A stretch of DNA of 64,000 bases, taken from Promethearchaeia archaeon (GTDB lineage: Archaea; Asgardarchaeota; Lokiarchaeia; Sigyniarchaeales; SOKP01). A program made the position numbers and the translations under genes. Shown here one piece after another: positions 10,545 through 20,563 of this stretch (its first letter is position 1; each line of letters begins with the position of its first letter). Below the pieces are notes generated by a model, which had not been told where the DNA came from, did no database searches, and saw only the letters and a list, made by a program, of their open reading frames with translations. The DNA lies in contig JAWOCD010000120.1 of the NCBI GenBank assembly GCA_046483985.1, forward strand, positions 1-64,000, given 5' to 3'.

Positions 10545-13500
10545 ATGGTATATATCAAATCTCTCATTTGCAAAGGGTTTAAGAGTTTTAAAGAACGTAC
10601 GAAAATTAATTTCAACAAAGGATTTACCTCAATTGTGGGCGCAAACGGGTCGGGGAAATCGAACATTTTAGATGCCTTTGTATTTGCGCTTGGAGAATTA
10701 TCGAGCAATACATTAAGGGTCAACAATATTCGGGACTTAATCTGTAACGGAGGAAAAGAAGGAAAGCCTTCAAAATATGCCCGAGTTGATGTCATCTTTG
10801 AAAACTCGTCTCGAGAAATTCCAGTAGATTCGGATACGGTAAAGATTTCACGAAAAATAAATTCTGATGGACGGGGAAAATATTATTTGAATGATAAACG
10901 AACAACTCGAACGGAAATACGAGATATTTTGGACTTAGCAGGACTAATGCCCAATTCAACTAATCTAATCTTACAAGGTGAACTTTTTAGGATAATCAAC
11001 ATGAATAATGACGAACGCCGGGAATTAATCGAAGATATTTCGGGAATCGCAACCTATAATGAAAAAAAAGAGAAAGCCGAAAAAGATTTGGAGAAAGTAG
11101 AGGAAAATATTTCTCGCATCACCCTTTTGCTCAATGAATTGTCAACGCAACTTGATTCTCTCGAGAGAGAGAAAGATGAGGCACTAAAATATCAAAAAGT
11201 GGACGATAAAGAAAAAAATGCCAAGAAAGCGCTTATCGTACTAAAAGTTCAGAAATTTGAAGAGGAAATAGATGATCTTAACGAAAAAAAAGAAGCGTTA
11301 CAAGAAGATATCGAAGAGATTAAAGAATCAATAAGAAAAAAACGGGGAACTCTGGGCAATATTACAACTAATATAGATAAAGTAAAGCGGAAGATTAAAC
11401 AACTTCAATCAAATGAATTGAAAGAGCTGACAATGAACCTAAATAAACGTAAAACGCAAGTAACGGAATTAAAAACCCAGCTGAAGAACAATAAAAAGGG
11501 GAAACAGAGATTAGAGAAGTCGCTGTCGAGGAATAAAGAGAAAAGGCAAAAATTAAAGAATAAATCGGACAAATTGAGTGACCAACTTGAGAATAAAGAG
11601 AAAATTAAAAAATCTATCGAAACAAAATTGGAGAATAAGAACAAAGAGCTAAATGAATGTCAAGATCAAATCAAAGAATTTGACTCCGAATATCAAGAGT
11701 ACAATAAAGCGCACGATTCAATAACCACTCGATTAGAAAATAAAAAACAGGAAAAAAATAATATCAAATCAGAAATCAAAGTATCGAAAAATAAACTCGA
11801 GAATATCAGAGAACATCTTCGAACCACAAAGACAAAAATAGATAAAACCGAAGGTTCCATCCAAAAAATCAAAAAGCAGATAAACACATATCAGCGGAAA
11901 AAAGAAGAATTCAACAATAAAAATGACTCTAATATTGATTTTGCGCAATTGAAAAAGAACAAGCAAACGCTCAATAAAAAGTTAAAAACAGTAAGAGAAA
12001 AAATAGAAAGAAAACACACCGAAGTAATATCGTTGAAAAGCAAATTAAAGGCGGCGAAAAAATATTCAAACAGTCGTGCAGTAGAAGCCATTTTGAATAT
12101 AAGAGATTCCCCCGAATTACAAACAAAATATAACATCCATGGACGGATATACGGAACTATTGCCCAATTAGGGAAAGCAGATCAAAAATATAATACAGCA
12201 TTACAAGTAGCCGGGGGCGGACGATTCAATTTCATTGTGGTTGATAATCAGCAGACAGCAAAGGAATGCATCAATTATCTAAAGGAAACCGACATAGGAC
12301 GTGCATCTTTTATACCCTTAAGCATTATAAGAGCCAATCCAATAAATCTTAGGGTGCCCACCGATGATAAAGTGATCGGAAGGGCAGTGGATCTCATCGA
12401 ATTTGATCCAATGTTTACAAAAGCTTTTGAGTACGTGTTCGGCCGCAGTGTGATAGTAAGTGATATTGATACCGCTACAAAATTAGATGTTCCTGCGTCA
12501 CGCGTTACGTTGGGCGGCGATACCGTGAACTCTTCTAATTTGATGACGGGTGGAAAGGTTCGAAAGCGAAAAGGAAGGGGATTCGGTCCCAAAGCAGAAT
12601 CGAAATTACCTGAATTGGAGAGCCAATTGAATCAGTTGAAAAATAAAGAGCAGAAAATTGTAAAAAAACTAAAAGACATCGAAGATGCAATAACTTCCAA
12701 TTATAAAGATCGGATTTCAAGCAATAATAAAATGAACGAAATTAAGCAGAAATTAGCAATCTTGGAAGATAAATTGAAGGATAAATCAGGGGATTTGGAG
12801 GAATTAAATGGGAACAGAAAAGAATGGGAAGGTAAATTAAAAGATGCCCAATCGGAGTTGGAAAAATTAACCGATCAATTAACCATCCTTGATTCTGAAT
12901 TTGAAACTATTAAAAAGGAACAAGAAGATATCGAACATCAGATGGAACAGCTCCAAAAAAATGATTTTTCGAAGAAAATATCAACTCTGAGAGATGCGAT
13001 TGATACTTTGGAGAAGAAAAAGATGGAATGTAAAGTTCAAAGCACTAAAATTGAAACACAACTACAAGAGATTAATGAAAATCAATTTGATGAGATTAAA
13101 TCCGAGATTAGAACCCTTAAATCGACTCTCAAGAAGAATATCGAGAAGAATGGAGATTTAACCAAAAAGTTACGGAAAAGTAAATCAAAAATTGAAGAAT
13201 TGAAGGAAAAAATTGCCAAAAAGAATGAAATTATGGGTGAGATTTATGAAAGGAAGGAAAAATTGCTCAAGCGGCAAACCGATATTAAATTAGCGATAGA
13301 AGATCTTAAATCGAGCATACATCCAAAAAATCTCAAAATAAATACCTTGAACACAAATCTTCGGAATATTGAAGCGCAAAAGGAAGAATTGGAAACCAAA
13401 CATAAGCTTGAAAAGTTAAAAGACCATATTGCGGACTCAGAGGACTTTTCGGACTATCTAAATGATTCCCCAAGAAAACTGAAAAACCTCATCAATGAAT

Positions 13501-14138
13501 GTAAAGCCAGTAAATCAGAATTGGAACCGGTCAACATGAGAGCAATTAAAAAATATGACAAAATTAAAAACCGATATGAAGACTTAATCGATAAACATGA
13601 GGAAGTTGTAGAGGAGAGAACTGCGATACTTGAATTCATTGAAAAAGTTGAAAAAGAGAAAAGACGAACCTTCCTTGATACTTTTAATGGCATTAATAAA
13701 CATTTTAAACGGATATTTGCCCGCCTTTCTCCAGGAGGCGAAGCAAAATTAGAATTAGAGAATAAAGAAGACCCGTTTGAAGGAGGGGTTAAAATGTTGG
13801 CACGCCCCGGCGGAAAAAAGTGGTGTCTTACGCAATCAATGTCAGGAGGGGAAAAAACCCTTACGGTTGTTGCGTTAGTATTAGGCATTCAAATCTATAT
13901 TCCTTCGCCTTATTATATTTTAGATGAGATAGACGCCGCATTCGACGATCATAACGCAAGTCAAGTTGCCTCACTTATCAAGGATCTTTCTGAAGAATCG
14001 CAATTTATTTTAATTACCCATAGAGATGTGACAATGACCAAGACGGACCAACTTTTAGGAGTATCAAACGTCCATGGGTTGACCTCAGTACTGAATCTAA
14101 ATATACAGGAGGCGTTAGAGCAAATTGCTTCAAGCTAA
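10545..14138 (+). CDS. smc: Chromosome segregation protein SMC
   Basis: GANGSGKSN Walker A, long coiled coils, hinge (GRASFIPL), MSGGE signature, LDEIDA Walker B. Confidence 0.97.
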   Translation: MVYIKSLICKGFKSFKERTKINFNKGFTSIVGANGSGKSNILDAFVFALGELSSNTLRVNNIRDLICNGGKEGKPSKYARVDVIFENSSREIPVDSDTVKISRKINSDGRGKYYLNDKRTTRTEIRDILDLAGLMPNSTNLILQGELFRIINMNNDERRELIEDISGIATYNEKKEKAEKDLEKVEENISRITLLLNELSTQLDSLEREKDEALKYQKVDDKEKNAKKALIVLKVQKFEEEIDDLNEKKEALQEDIEEIKESIRKKRGTLGNITTNIDKVKRKIKQLQSNELKELTMNLNKRKTQVTELKTQLKNNKKGKQRLEKSLSRNKEKRQKLKNKSDKLSDQLENKEKIKKSIETKLENKNKELNECQDQIKEFDSEYQEYNKAHDSITTRLENKKQEKNNIKSEIKVSKNKLENIREHLRTTKTKIDKTEGSIQKIKKQINTYQRKKEEFNNKNDSNIDFAQLKKNKQTLNKKLKTVREKIERKHTEVISLKSKLKAAKKYSNSRAVEAILNIRDSPELQTKYNIHGRIYGTIAQLGKADQKYNTALQVAGGGRFNFIVVDNQQTAKECINYLKETDIGRASFIPLSIIRANPINLRVPTDDKVIGRAVDLIEFDPMFTKAFEYVFGRSVIVSDIDTATKLDVPASRVTLGGDTVNSSNLMTGGKVRKRKGRGFGPKAESKLPELESQLNQLKNKEQKIVKKLKDIEDAITSNYKDRISSNNKMNEIKQKLAILEDKLKDKSGDLEELNGNRKEWEGKLKDAQSELEKLTDQLTILDSEFETIKKEQEDIEHQMEQLQKNDFSKKISTLRDAIDTLEKKKMECKVQSTKIETQLQEINENQFDEIKSEIRTLKSTLKKNIEKNGDLTKKLRKSKSKIEELKEKIAKKNEIMGEIYERKEKLLKRQTDIKLAIEDLKSSIHPKNLKINTLNTNLRNIEAQKEELETKHKLEKLKDHIADSEDFSDYLNDSPRKLKNLINECKASKSELEPVNMRAIKKYDKIKNRYEDLIDKHEEVVEERTAILEFIEKVEKEKRRTFLDTFNGINKHFKRIFARLSPGGEAKLELENKEDPFEGGVKMLARPGGKKWCLTQSMSGGEKTLTVVALVLGIQIYIPSPYYILDEIDAAFDDHNASQVASLIKDLSEESQFILITHRDVTMTKTDQLLGVSNVHGLTSVLNLNIQEALEQIASS

Positions 14139-14706
14139 GGATCAATTGGAAAAATTATCGACAGATGAAGAGCATTTTCAGCGGCTCAAAGACGCAGAAT
14201 TTAAAAAGAAAATTGAGGCTATCTTGTTTGCAGCTCATGAAATCGTACCGATAAAGGAATTAAGAGACCAGTTACCGGAGTTGTCTAAACAAAAAGTGAT
14301 AAAACTTACCAGGGATCTTATTCAAGATTATCGTTCCTACAATACTTCTTTGGAAGTGGTAGAGCTTTCAGATTATCGGTTTCAGCTTAAAATTAAGGAT
14401 AAGATCGTAAATTCCATTGATAAATTTATCCACGGCAAGCTGCTACGACCAAGTGCAGTCAAAACATTGGCGGTGATCATATTTTTGCAACCTTCCGCTA
14501 CACGAAAAAACTTGTATAAAAAACGAGGAAGAAGCTCCACCGTGTATCGAAACATTCGAACGCTAATTGAGTATGATTTTATTAAGGAAGTCGACAGAAC
14601 CTTCTACCTCACGCAGACTTTTTATGATTATTTTCAGCTTAAGAACAAGGATCCCCATAAGGCAAAAGAAATTCTACAAAAATTCCTTGAACGCGTCCAA
14701 AAATAA
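14125..14706 (+). CDS. scpB: SMC-Scp complex subunit ScpB
   Basis: IEAILFAA, KTLAVI and YLTQTFYDYF motifs; overlaps the smc stop codon. Confidence 0.85.
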   Translation: MLQAKDQLEKLSTDEEHFQRLKDAEFKKKIEAILFAAHEIVPIKELRDQLPELSKQKVIKLTRDLIQDYRSYNTSLEVVELSDYRFQLKIKDKIVNSIDKFIHGKLLRPSAVKTLAVIIFLQPSATRKNLYKKRGRSSTVYRNIRTLIEYDFIKEVDRTFYLTQTFYDYFQLKNKDPHKAKEILQKFLERVQK

Positions 14707-14711
14707 AGCAA

Positions 14712-16454
14712 TTAAAGATAATATCTCTTTACTTCTTTAATGACCAAATTGATGAGGTCTTTTTGGGATCTGATCGGATAAAAGGTCACTTTCTCTAAAA
14801 GGTCTTTAAATTTCTTTTGTGGAATAGAACGGGCACCAATAAAAAAACCAACTATTTTATGTCCTAAATTTGCTAGCTGCGAAAGGAGTTTCTTGGATTT
14901 GCCCCAATTATATATTCCAAAATCAGTAATGATAAAGACCAATGTATTGCGCTCAGCTTTCTTACATTGTTGAAAAATCTTTTCAGTCGGTAAATGCGTA
15001 CCGCTCCCTTGATATTTAAGGAGGGTCTTTTCTGCTTTCCGATAATCACTGGTCCACGGGCATGTGAGGGCTGAACCGGAAAAATTGATCACGCTGAAGT
15101 TTGCCCCCTTTTTTGCCGCGTAATGAAGGGCCGCAAAGGAGGAAACTAATGCGGTATGATAATTCCCTTTTCCTTGATCTGTACGGGCATCGATATTCCA
15201 ACCCATGGATCCGGAGGAATCCAAAACAATTAACAGATCTGGAATTTTCTTTTCCTCCAAATGCCCTGGACCTTCCCTATGTGTCCACTTTCTCGTCGTG
15301 ATGTTGGGGATAATCAGCGGGCTCGCCAATAAACTCTGAACGATGTCGAGCTCTTCAATGGGATCTCCAATTCGCCACACTTCGGGATAGACCGGTAATT
15401 GTCCACTGGGATTTTTCTCAAAGATTCTTATTTGGATAAGATCTTTAGCCAAACCGCGGTACCAAGTTGCTAATGTATCCCCCTCGATCAAAATCCCTGC
15501 TTGACTTGCGGGAGCTCCAAACTCGGAGTAGGGGACATCTTTTGCGTATTCTTCTGCTTTTTGTCTTAATTCATCGCCATTATCTTGTTTCAACTTATCG
15601 GAATTTTTATTTTCCATAGGATTATCCATTAATTCTACGAGATCCTTGGGCATTTCTACTTTTTGCCCGCCTTTTGAAGGATCGTCTTTACTTGTCATCC
15701 CATCCCGTACTTTTACCCCACGCCCGATAAGTGTGAAGGTATTTTCGATTAAGTCTTTAAGTAAAGAAGCGACAACACGCATTTTATCCGGCCACGTAGT
15801 TTCATCTTCGAAATTCTTCATAATGACACCTTTGATTTGGTCAATAGGGTCATCAAATTGTTTCGATGTATCTTGACTATCTATCTCAATACCCCAAAAT
15901 TTTTCATATGCATGCAATAAAAATTTCGATATCGGGCTTATATTGTTTTTATATTTTGCTTTAATATTAGCCGCTGTTTTCTTTAACTCCCACTCCATTA
16001 ATTCCGGGTATTTATTATGTAATTTTGTATCGATTATTAAGTCAGAAAAGATATTGACTGCAATGGATGCAAAATTCCGGCTTAGAGATTTCATCGCTGC
16101 ATTTAATAATTTTGCATTCATAAGCCCATCATAAGGAATGATTTGATAGTGGGACACCTCATGCATTTCTATTGCATGGTAATATTTAATGTAGTCCTCC
16201 TCATCGATAAAGACGGGTGTATTAGCCAAATTCATAGTAATTTGCCATCGATTATCGGGGTCAATATAGAACCCTTCTTTTTCTGAATGATCGAATAAAA
16301 ACTTTGGCTCGTTCAATGGCGGAAAATAAAATTCCTTAAGCGTTTTTTGCCATGCTTTCTTTGCCAATTTAATTAATTTTTCTTCTTTCTCTTCCTGGAT
16401 GCTTTTGGGAACTTTTTGTTTTTTTTCTTTAAAAATCTGTTTAATTCTCCACAC
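14712..16454 (-). CDS. VWA-domain protein with an N-terminal HEXXH metallopeptidase-like region
   Basis: MHEVSH; MIDAS motif DSSGS, GSGT, ITD. Confidence 0.82.
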   Translation of the reverse strand: MWRIKQIFKEKKQKVPKSIQEEKEEKLIKLAKKAWQKTLKEFYFPPLNEPKFLFDHSEKEGFYIDPDNRWQITMNLANTPVFIDEEDYIKYYHAIEMHEVSHYQIIPYDGLMNAKLLNAAMKSLSRNFASIAVNIFSDLIIDTKLHNKYPELMEWELKKTAANIKAKYKNNISPISKFLLHAYEKFWGIEIDSQDTSKQFDDPIDQIKGVIMKNFEDETTWPDKMRVVASLLKDLIENTFTLIGRGVKVRDGMTSKDDPSKGGQKVEMPKDLVELMDNPMENKNSDKLKQDNGDELRQKAEEYAKDVPYSEFGAPASQAGILIEGDTLATWYRGLAKDLIQIRIFEKNPSGQLPVYPEVWRIGDPIEELDIVQSLLASPLIIPNITTRKWTHREGPGHLEEKKIPDLLIVLDSSGSMGWNIDARTDQGKGNYHTALVSSFAALHYAAKKGANFSVINFSGSALTCPWTSDYRKAEKTLLKYQGSGTHLPTEKIFQQCKKAERNTLVFIITDFGIYNWGKSKKLLSQLANLGHKIVGFFIGARSIPQKKFKDLLEKVTFYPIRSQKDLINLVIKEVKRYYL

Positions 16455-16462
16455 CCTTTAGT

Positions 16463-18184
16463 TTAGCTTTTTTCGATATATTTGCTCTCTTCCAGAATTT
16501 CTTGAATCTCGATTGCATCAGAACCGCCGGAAATCTGAATGTTCACCAACGAGTCGTCATCCGTTCCAGTCACATTAACCTCCAATAGTAAATCCTCAGT
16601 CCGAATCTGTCTTGTTTGCCGCTTACTGAATACTTCCTTTAGAGTTTTCTCTAACACGGGAAATTCAAGAGATAAATCAGCCCATACTTCTTTCCAATAT
16701 TGATATTCAAATAAGTAATCCGTTACAGTTTGTTTATACAACTCCCGATTGCACCAATTAATTAAATCACCCCTGTTGGGAAACTCCATATCCTCCATCA
16801 GTTCATCTCTTATTTCCGCTAATTTGTCTATTTTTCCCTTATCGGATGCTTCCAGTATTCTTTGGGCGATCCCTTTATATTTTTTGTTTTTTATGGATTG
16901 TACAAACGGAATAAGGTCTAATTTTACAATCAGATCATTTTTCTTAGCGTTCTTTAGTTCCCGCAACTCACCAGATTTTGCTTTTCCCTTCCGAAATTTA
17001 TCAGCAATATCATAATATTTTTCACGTTCTCTAAAGCGCTCTGTTATCAACTTTAATAAATGTTTCGAAAGATCGTACTTATTTCCCCAATACGGCGATT
17101 TATTAAGGGCTCTATCCGTATATTCCACCCGATGGGAGATCACATAAGGAGCAACAGAATTGACAATATTTATATCGACTTTTTCTAAACCTAATAACCA
17201 TGTCAACGCTTTTGAATAGCGAAGTAAATCTTTCGCCACGCGGACGCTTAAAATAGTATCAATTTTATTACATACATTTTTATCTGTATTAAAATGACAT
17301 CCCGAACAGAGCCCTGTACTGGGTTTTAAATCATCAGTATTTCCTTTATCAACGCGGTTACATAATGTAAATTCCCGGATAATTGCATGGATATAATCAC
17401 TCGCTTTTGAAGTATATTTTATTCTATTGACAAAATACCAAATTTCCATGAGCTCATCAATAATTAATATTTTGGGGACTTGAATGAGTTCATCGTAGTT
17501 GGAGTATTTCTCATCTTTTCCAGAAAGTATTTGCTTTAGGTCATGGCTTGCTGGCATTGAAATTGGCACGGATACCCCAAATCTATCTAAAAATGGTCCT
17601 GATAACTCAAATGTGCCTACATCTTGAGGGTTAATGGTCGCATAAAGACTAAATTTATTAATTTGGGTAATGGAATCATAATATTTTACGGTACCCTCGG
17701 CCAAAAGCGATAATAATATGTCTTGCGCATAGGGAGTTAGCCGATTTACCTCATCAATAATCTTCCAGAAACTTTGAATGAAATCCCTCCAAACCACTTC
17801 TTCTTTTCCTTCATGCATAAGTTTTCCTAATTTTAACGTGCCCACTAATTTTTCCTCAGTGAGCTGAGGATGCCCGCGGATAATTGCGTTTTCAATCTCG
17901 TTTAAGGAATGTGAGGTAAACATCCGTCCCAAAAGTTTTACGAGTGTTGTTTTTCCCCCTCCATGTCCGCCGATTAATAACATCGCAGAATTGGGGACAA
18001 TTGCATTTAATACACATAATGTAAGTATCTCTGGTAATTTTCGAGCCTGAACAATTTCGGAATCTTGATTAAGATATTTTATGTTAATCTTCTTATGATG
18101 GACAAAGAGCTGATTTGCTTGGGTAAGATTAATGATTTTCCATACTTTTAGCCTTAAATCCTTTTCCTCAATTTCTGTCGTCAT
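16463..18184 (-). CDS. MoxR-like AAA+ ATPase
   Basis: GGHGGGKTT, IIDEVNR, ATIN, FLDRF, SVR; adjacent to a VWA gene. Confidence 0.85.
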   Translation of the reverse strand: MTTEIEEKDLRLKVWKIINLTQANQLFVHHKKINIKYLNQDSEIVQARKLPEILTLCVLNAIVPNSAMLLIGGHGGGKTTLVKLLGRMFTSHSLNEIENAIIRGHPQLTEEKLVGTLKLGKLMHEGKEEVVWRDFIQSFWKIIDEVNRLTPYAQDILLSLLAEGTVKYYDSITQINKFSLYATINPQDVGTFELSGPFLDRFGVSVPISMPASHDLKQILSGKDEKYSNYDELIQVPKILIIDELMEIWYFVNRIKYTSKASDYIHAIIREFTLCNRVDKGNTDDLKPSTGLCSGCHFNTDKNVCNKIDTILSVRVAKDLLRYSKALTWLLGLEKVDINIVNSVAPYVISHRVEYTDRALNKSPYWGNKYDLSKHLLKLITERFREREKYYDIADKFRKGKAKSGELRELKNAKKNDLIVKLDLIPFVQSIKNKKYKGIAQRILEASDKGKIDKLAEIRDELMEDMEFPNRGDLINWCNRELYKQTVTDYLFEYQYWKEVWADLSLEFPVLEKTLKEVFSKRQTRQIRTEDLLLEVNVTGTDDDSLVNIQISGGSDAIEIQEILEESKYIEKS

Positions 18185-18346
18185 ATAGAAATCCTCAAGT
18201 AATAAACATGAAGAATATATTAATCTAAGTATATATTTTTTTTGTAAATTATTGGCTGTTTTATATTTTAAACCCTCCTAAAATTTTCAGATTTTAACCT
18301 TTTAAATTAAATTTTTATATGATTATTCTTTTTAATTAAAAAGTAT

Positions 18347-18979
18347 ATGCCTAAGAAACGCAAGAAGCGTGACGAATTAGCCCACAATCCAAAATTATCC
18401 GAGGATAATAAAGATAAGAAGAGAGCGACCAAAAAACCCTCCTATAAAGACGAGTATTACGAATATGAAAAGAGTTATACGAAATATTATATGATCGCCA
18501 TTTTTATAGGGCTTCTCGTGGTGATACTTGTCATCTACTCAACAGTATATAACGCTCCGGGCCCAAGAGTGGAACAATATGACGGGGTAAAGCTCAATTA
18601 TGAAATATATACCGTAGACCAATATGATAACCAAGAGGACCCCACTATAGAGGAAATCAATACATGGGTGAACGCGTGTGCATCAAATACGGACGACACA
18701 TGTGAAAATGGAGTGTTTGAAAGTTTTTATAAAAAACTCTTGGGAAAGAGAGAAGGAGATGTGTGTAATTATGAACCGATTGAGGATTGTGAGTGTGAGA
18801 ATTATGGAGATCTTGACGGAGAGGACGTAGTTTTATGGTTTAAGGTATTAGAGATCAATAAAACGGCGCAAACAACCGAATTGGAATCTTCTTTTTGTTC
18901 GACTTATCTTAGTCCTTTCCTTGGAATTGTTCCAGGCGTCTTTATTTATCAATATCTTCCCTTGAGAAAAACAGAATAG
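18347..18979 (+). CDS. Membrane-anchored degenerate FKBP-like protein
   Basis: One TM segment, then DGVKLNYEIY...FYKKLLGKREGD...LDGEDVVLWFKVLEI, resembling the FKBP fold. Confidence 0.45.
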   Translation: MPKKRKKRDELAHNPKLSEDNKDKKRATKKPSYKDEYYEYEKSYTKYYMIAIFIGLLVVILVIYSTVYNAPGPRVEQYDGVKLNYEIYTVDQYDNQEDPTIEEINTWVNACASNTDDTCENGVFESFYKKLLGKREGDVCNYEPIEDCECENYGDLDGEDVVLWFKVLEINKTAQTTELESSFCSTYLSPFLGIVPGVFIYQYLPLRKTE

Positions 18980-18994
18980 ATGCCTGTAATGGAT

Positions 18995-19678
18995 TCAGAG
19001 AGTAAAAATCTCAGTTAAATTATCTATTACAGAATCCGGTTTATAGTCCCAATTTTCAAATCCATCGGGATATCTGTTCTCTTCGCGCTTGATCAAGCAA
19101 CCGTGGATATTTGCTTGTTTAGCAGCAAAAATATCGACGTGTGAATCACCGACCATGATAGCCTCTTGGGAGTTATTGAAATCATAGTTTAGGTCTATTA
19201 ATACCTTTTTTATCCCTTGCGGGGAGGGTTTAGCGAGCCTTTCGTCTTTATTCGGTCCCATTCCAAAGAATTTATGGAAATATCCTTCCAACTCAAACTG
19301 TTTTAGAATATAATTGATAATTGCATCGCTAGTATTTGAAACCAAGCAGATTTTCTTTTTATTGGTTTTTAATTTTGTAAGAACGTGAAGGACATCATCA
19401 AAAAGCTTGATCTTTTGTTGTTTGATCAATTTTTTCCGGTTTTTAAAATCAATGTCATCAAAAATATTCCAGAACTGTTCGGGTTGATTTACCCCCCACT
19501 CTTGTAAAACGAGATGATAATCCTCCCCTGCAGACCAAAAGCGAACTATTTCGGAATTATTTGGTATTATATCTGAATTTAATAGTTTCAAGGACTCAAT
19601 AAGAATATTATTAAAGTAGTTTGATGTCAGTTTGATGAGACAATTATCAAGATCAAAGATGTAGTAATTGAAGTTCAT
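18995..19678 (-). CDS. HAD-family hydrolase (phosphoglycolate phosphatase-like)
   Basis: FDLDN, VSN, KPSP, GDSHVD. Confidence 0.9.
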   Translation of the reverse strand: MNFNYYIFDLDNCLIKLTSNYFNNILIESLKLLNSDIIPNNSEIVRFWSAGEDYHLVLQEWGVNQPEQFWNIFDDIDFKNRKKLIKQQKIKLFDDVLHVLTKLKTNKKKICLVSNTSDAIINYILKQFELEGYFHKFFGMGPNKDERLAKPSPQGIKKVLIDLNYDFNNSQEAIMVGDSHVDIFAAKQANIHGCLIKREENRYPDGFENWDYKPDSVIDNLTEIFTL

Positions 19679-19730
19679 TTTGGGTCCATTCCACTTTAAT
19701 AAAATAATTTAAATAAAAAAATATCAAGAT

Positions 19731-20117
19731 TTAAAAATATCCGATATGCCCTAAGTTTTTTCCGTCTTTATCCAATACATAAGCGACTCCCAAAGAAAGT
19801 GCTTGTTCTTCCTTGGAATTGTTTTTATCTGAAGTAGTCGGTTTTGCAACTCTTTTAATGGTATCTAATTTAAAGATAAAGGTTCCGTCACACTTATGAC
19901 ACTTCATATGTACTTTTTTCACCGTTTTATTTTCTTCTTCCTTCTCTTCAATCTTTAAAACCTCTAATTTATCTCTGTCAGCATTATCACAACCTTCTAA
20001 GAAGCATTGGTCTAATTTAATTTTCTCCCTCCCTCTGCGTGCAAGCGCTACAAATACGTAAGATGGATAATCTCTTTTTAGATCATCGATATCTTTTCCG
20101 CCTATTTTCTTTAGCAT
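19731..20117 (-). CDS. Hypothetical Zn-ribbon-like protein
   Basis: CxxxxC and CxxC pairs. Confidence 0.6.
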   Translation of the reverse strand: MLKKIGGKDIDDLKRDYPSYVFVALARRGREKIKLDQCFLEGCDNADRDKLEVLKIEEKEEENKTVKKVHMKCHKCDGTFIFKLDTIKRVAKPTTSDKNNSKEEQALSLGVAYVLDKDGKNLGHIGYF

Positions 20118-20253
20118 TATTTCTTCACATCATTATCTATTTTATTGTAAGACATCTTCTTAATTGGTAAATATAATAAAAATTAATTATTCTTTCTTCT
20201 TATATTATATAATAAATATATCATATAAATTCTATATTTTTATTTATTAAGCA

Positions 20254-20559
20254 ATGACCGATGAAAAAGAATTTTCTAAAGATTCCATTGACCATATTTC
20301 TAAATTAGCGTTATTAGATCTATCCGATGATGAGAAAGAACAATATGCTTCCCAATTAAATGATATTTTAGACTATTTTACTAAGTTGGAAGACTTGGAC
20401 ACCACGGACGTAGAGCCCACTACTCATACAATAGAAGACTTAAACAATCAATTCAGAAAAGATAAACCATGGAAATCCCTTTCTTCCAAAGAAGCACTTA
20501 AAAACGCTGATGAGAAAAAGGACGGTTATATTAAGGCACCCAGAATTCTCAAAGAATAA
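20254..20559 (+). CDS. gatC: Asp/Glu-tRNA amidotransferase subunit C
   Basis: HISKLALL...ILDYFTKL...EALKNA...GYIKAPRI. Confidence 0.92.
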   Translation: MTDEKEFSKDSIDHISKLALLDLSDDEKEQYASQLNDILDYFTKLEDLDTTDVEPTTHTIEDLNNQFRKDKPWKSLSSKEALKNADEKKDGYIKAPRILKE

Positions 20560-20563
20560 CTGT

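Noticed and set aside
10445-13888. Multiple minus-strand ORFs inside smc (and similar shadow ORFs elsewhere)
   Set aside because: Antisense shadows of Lys/Glu-rich genes, rich in F/L/S, with no motifs
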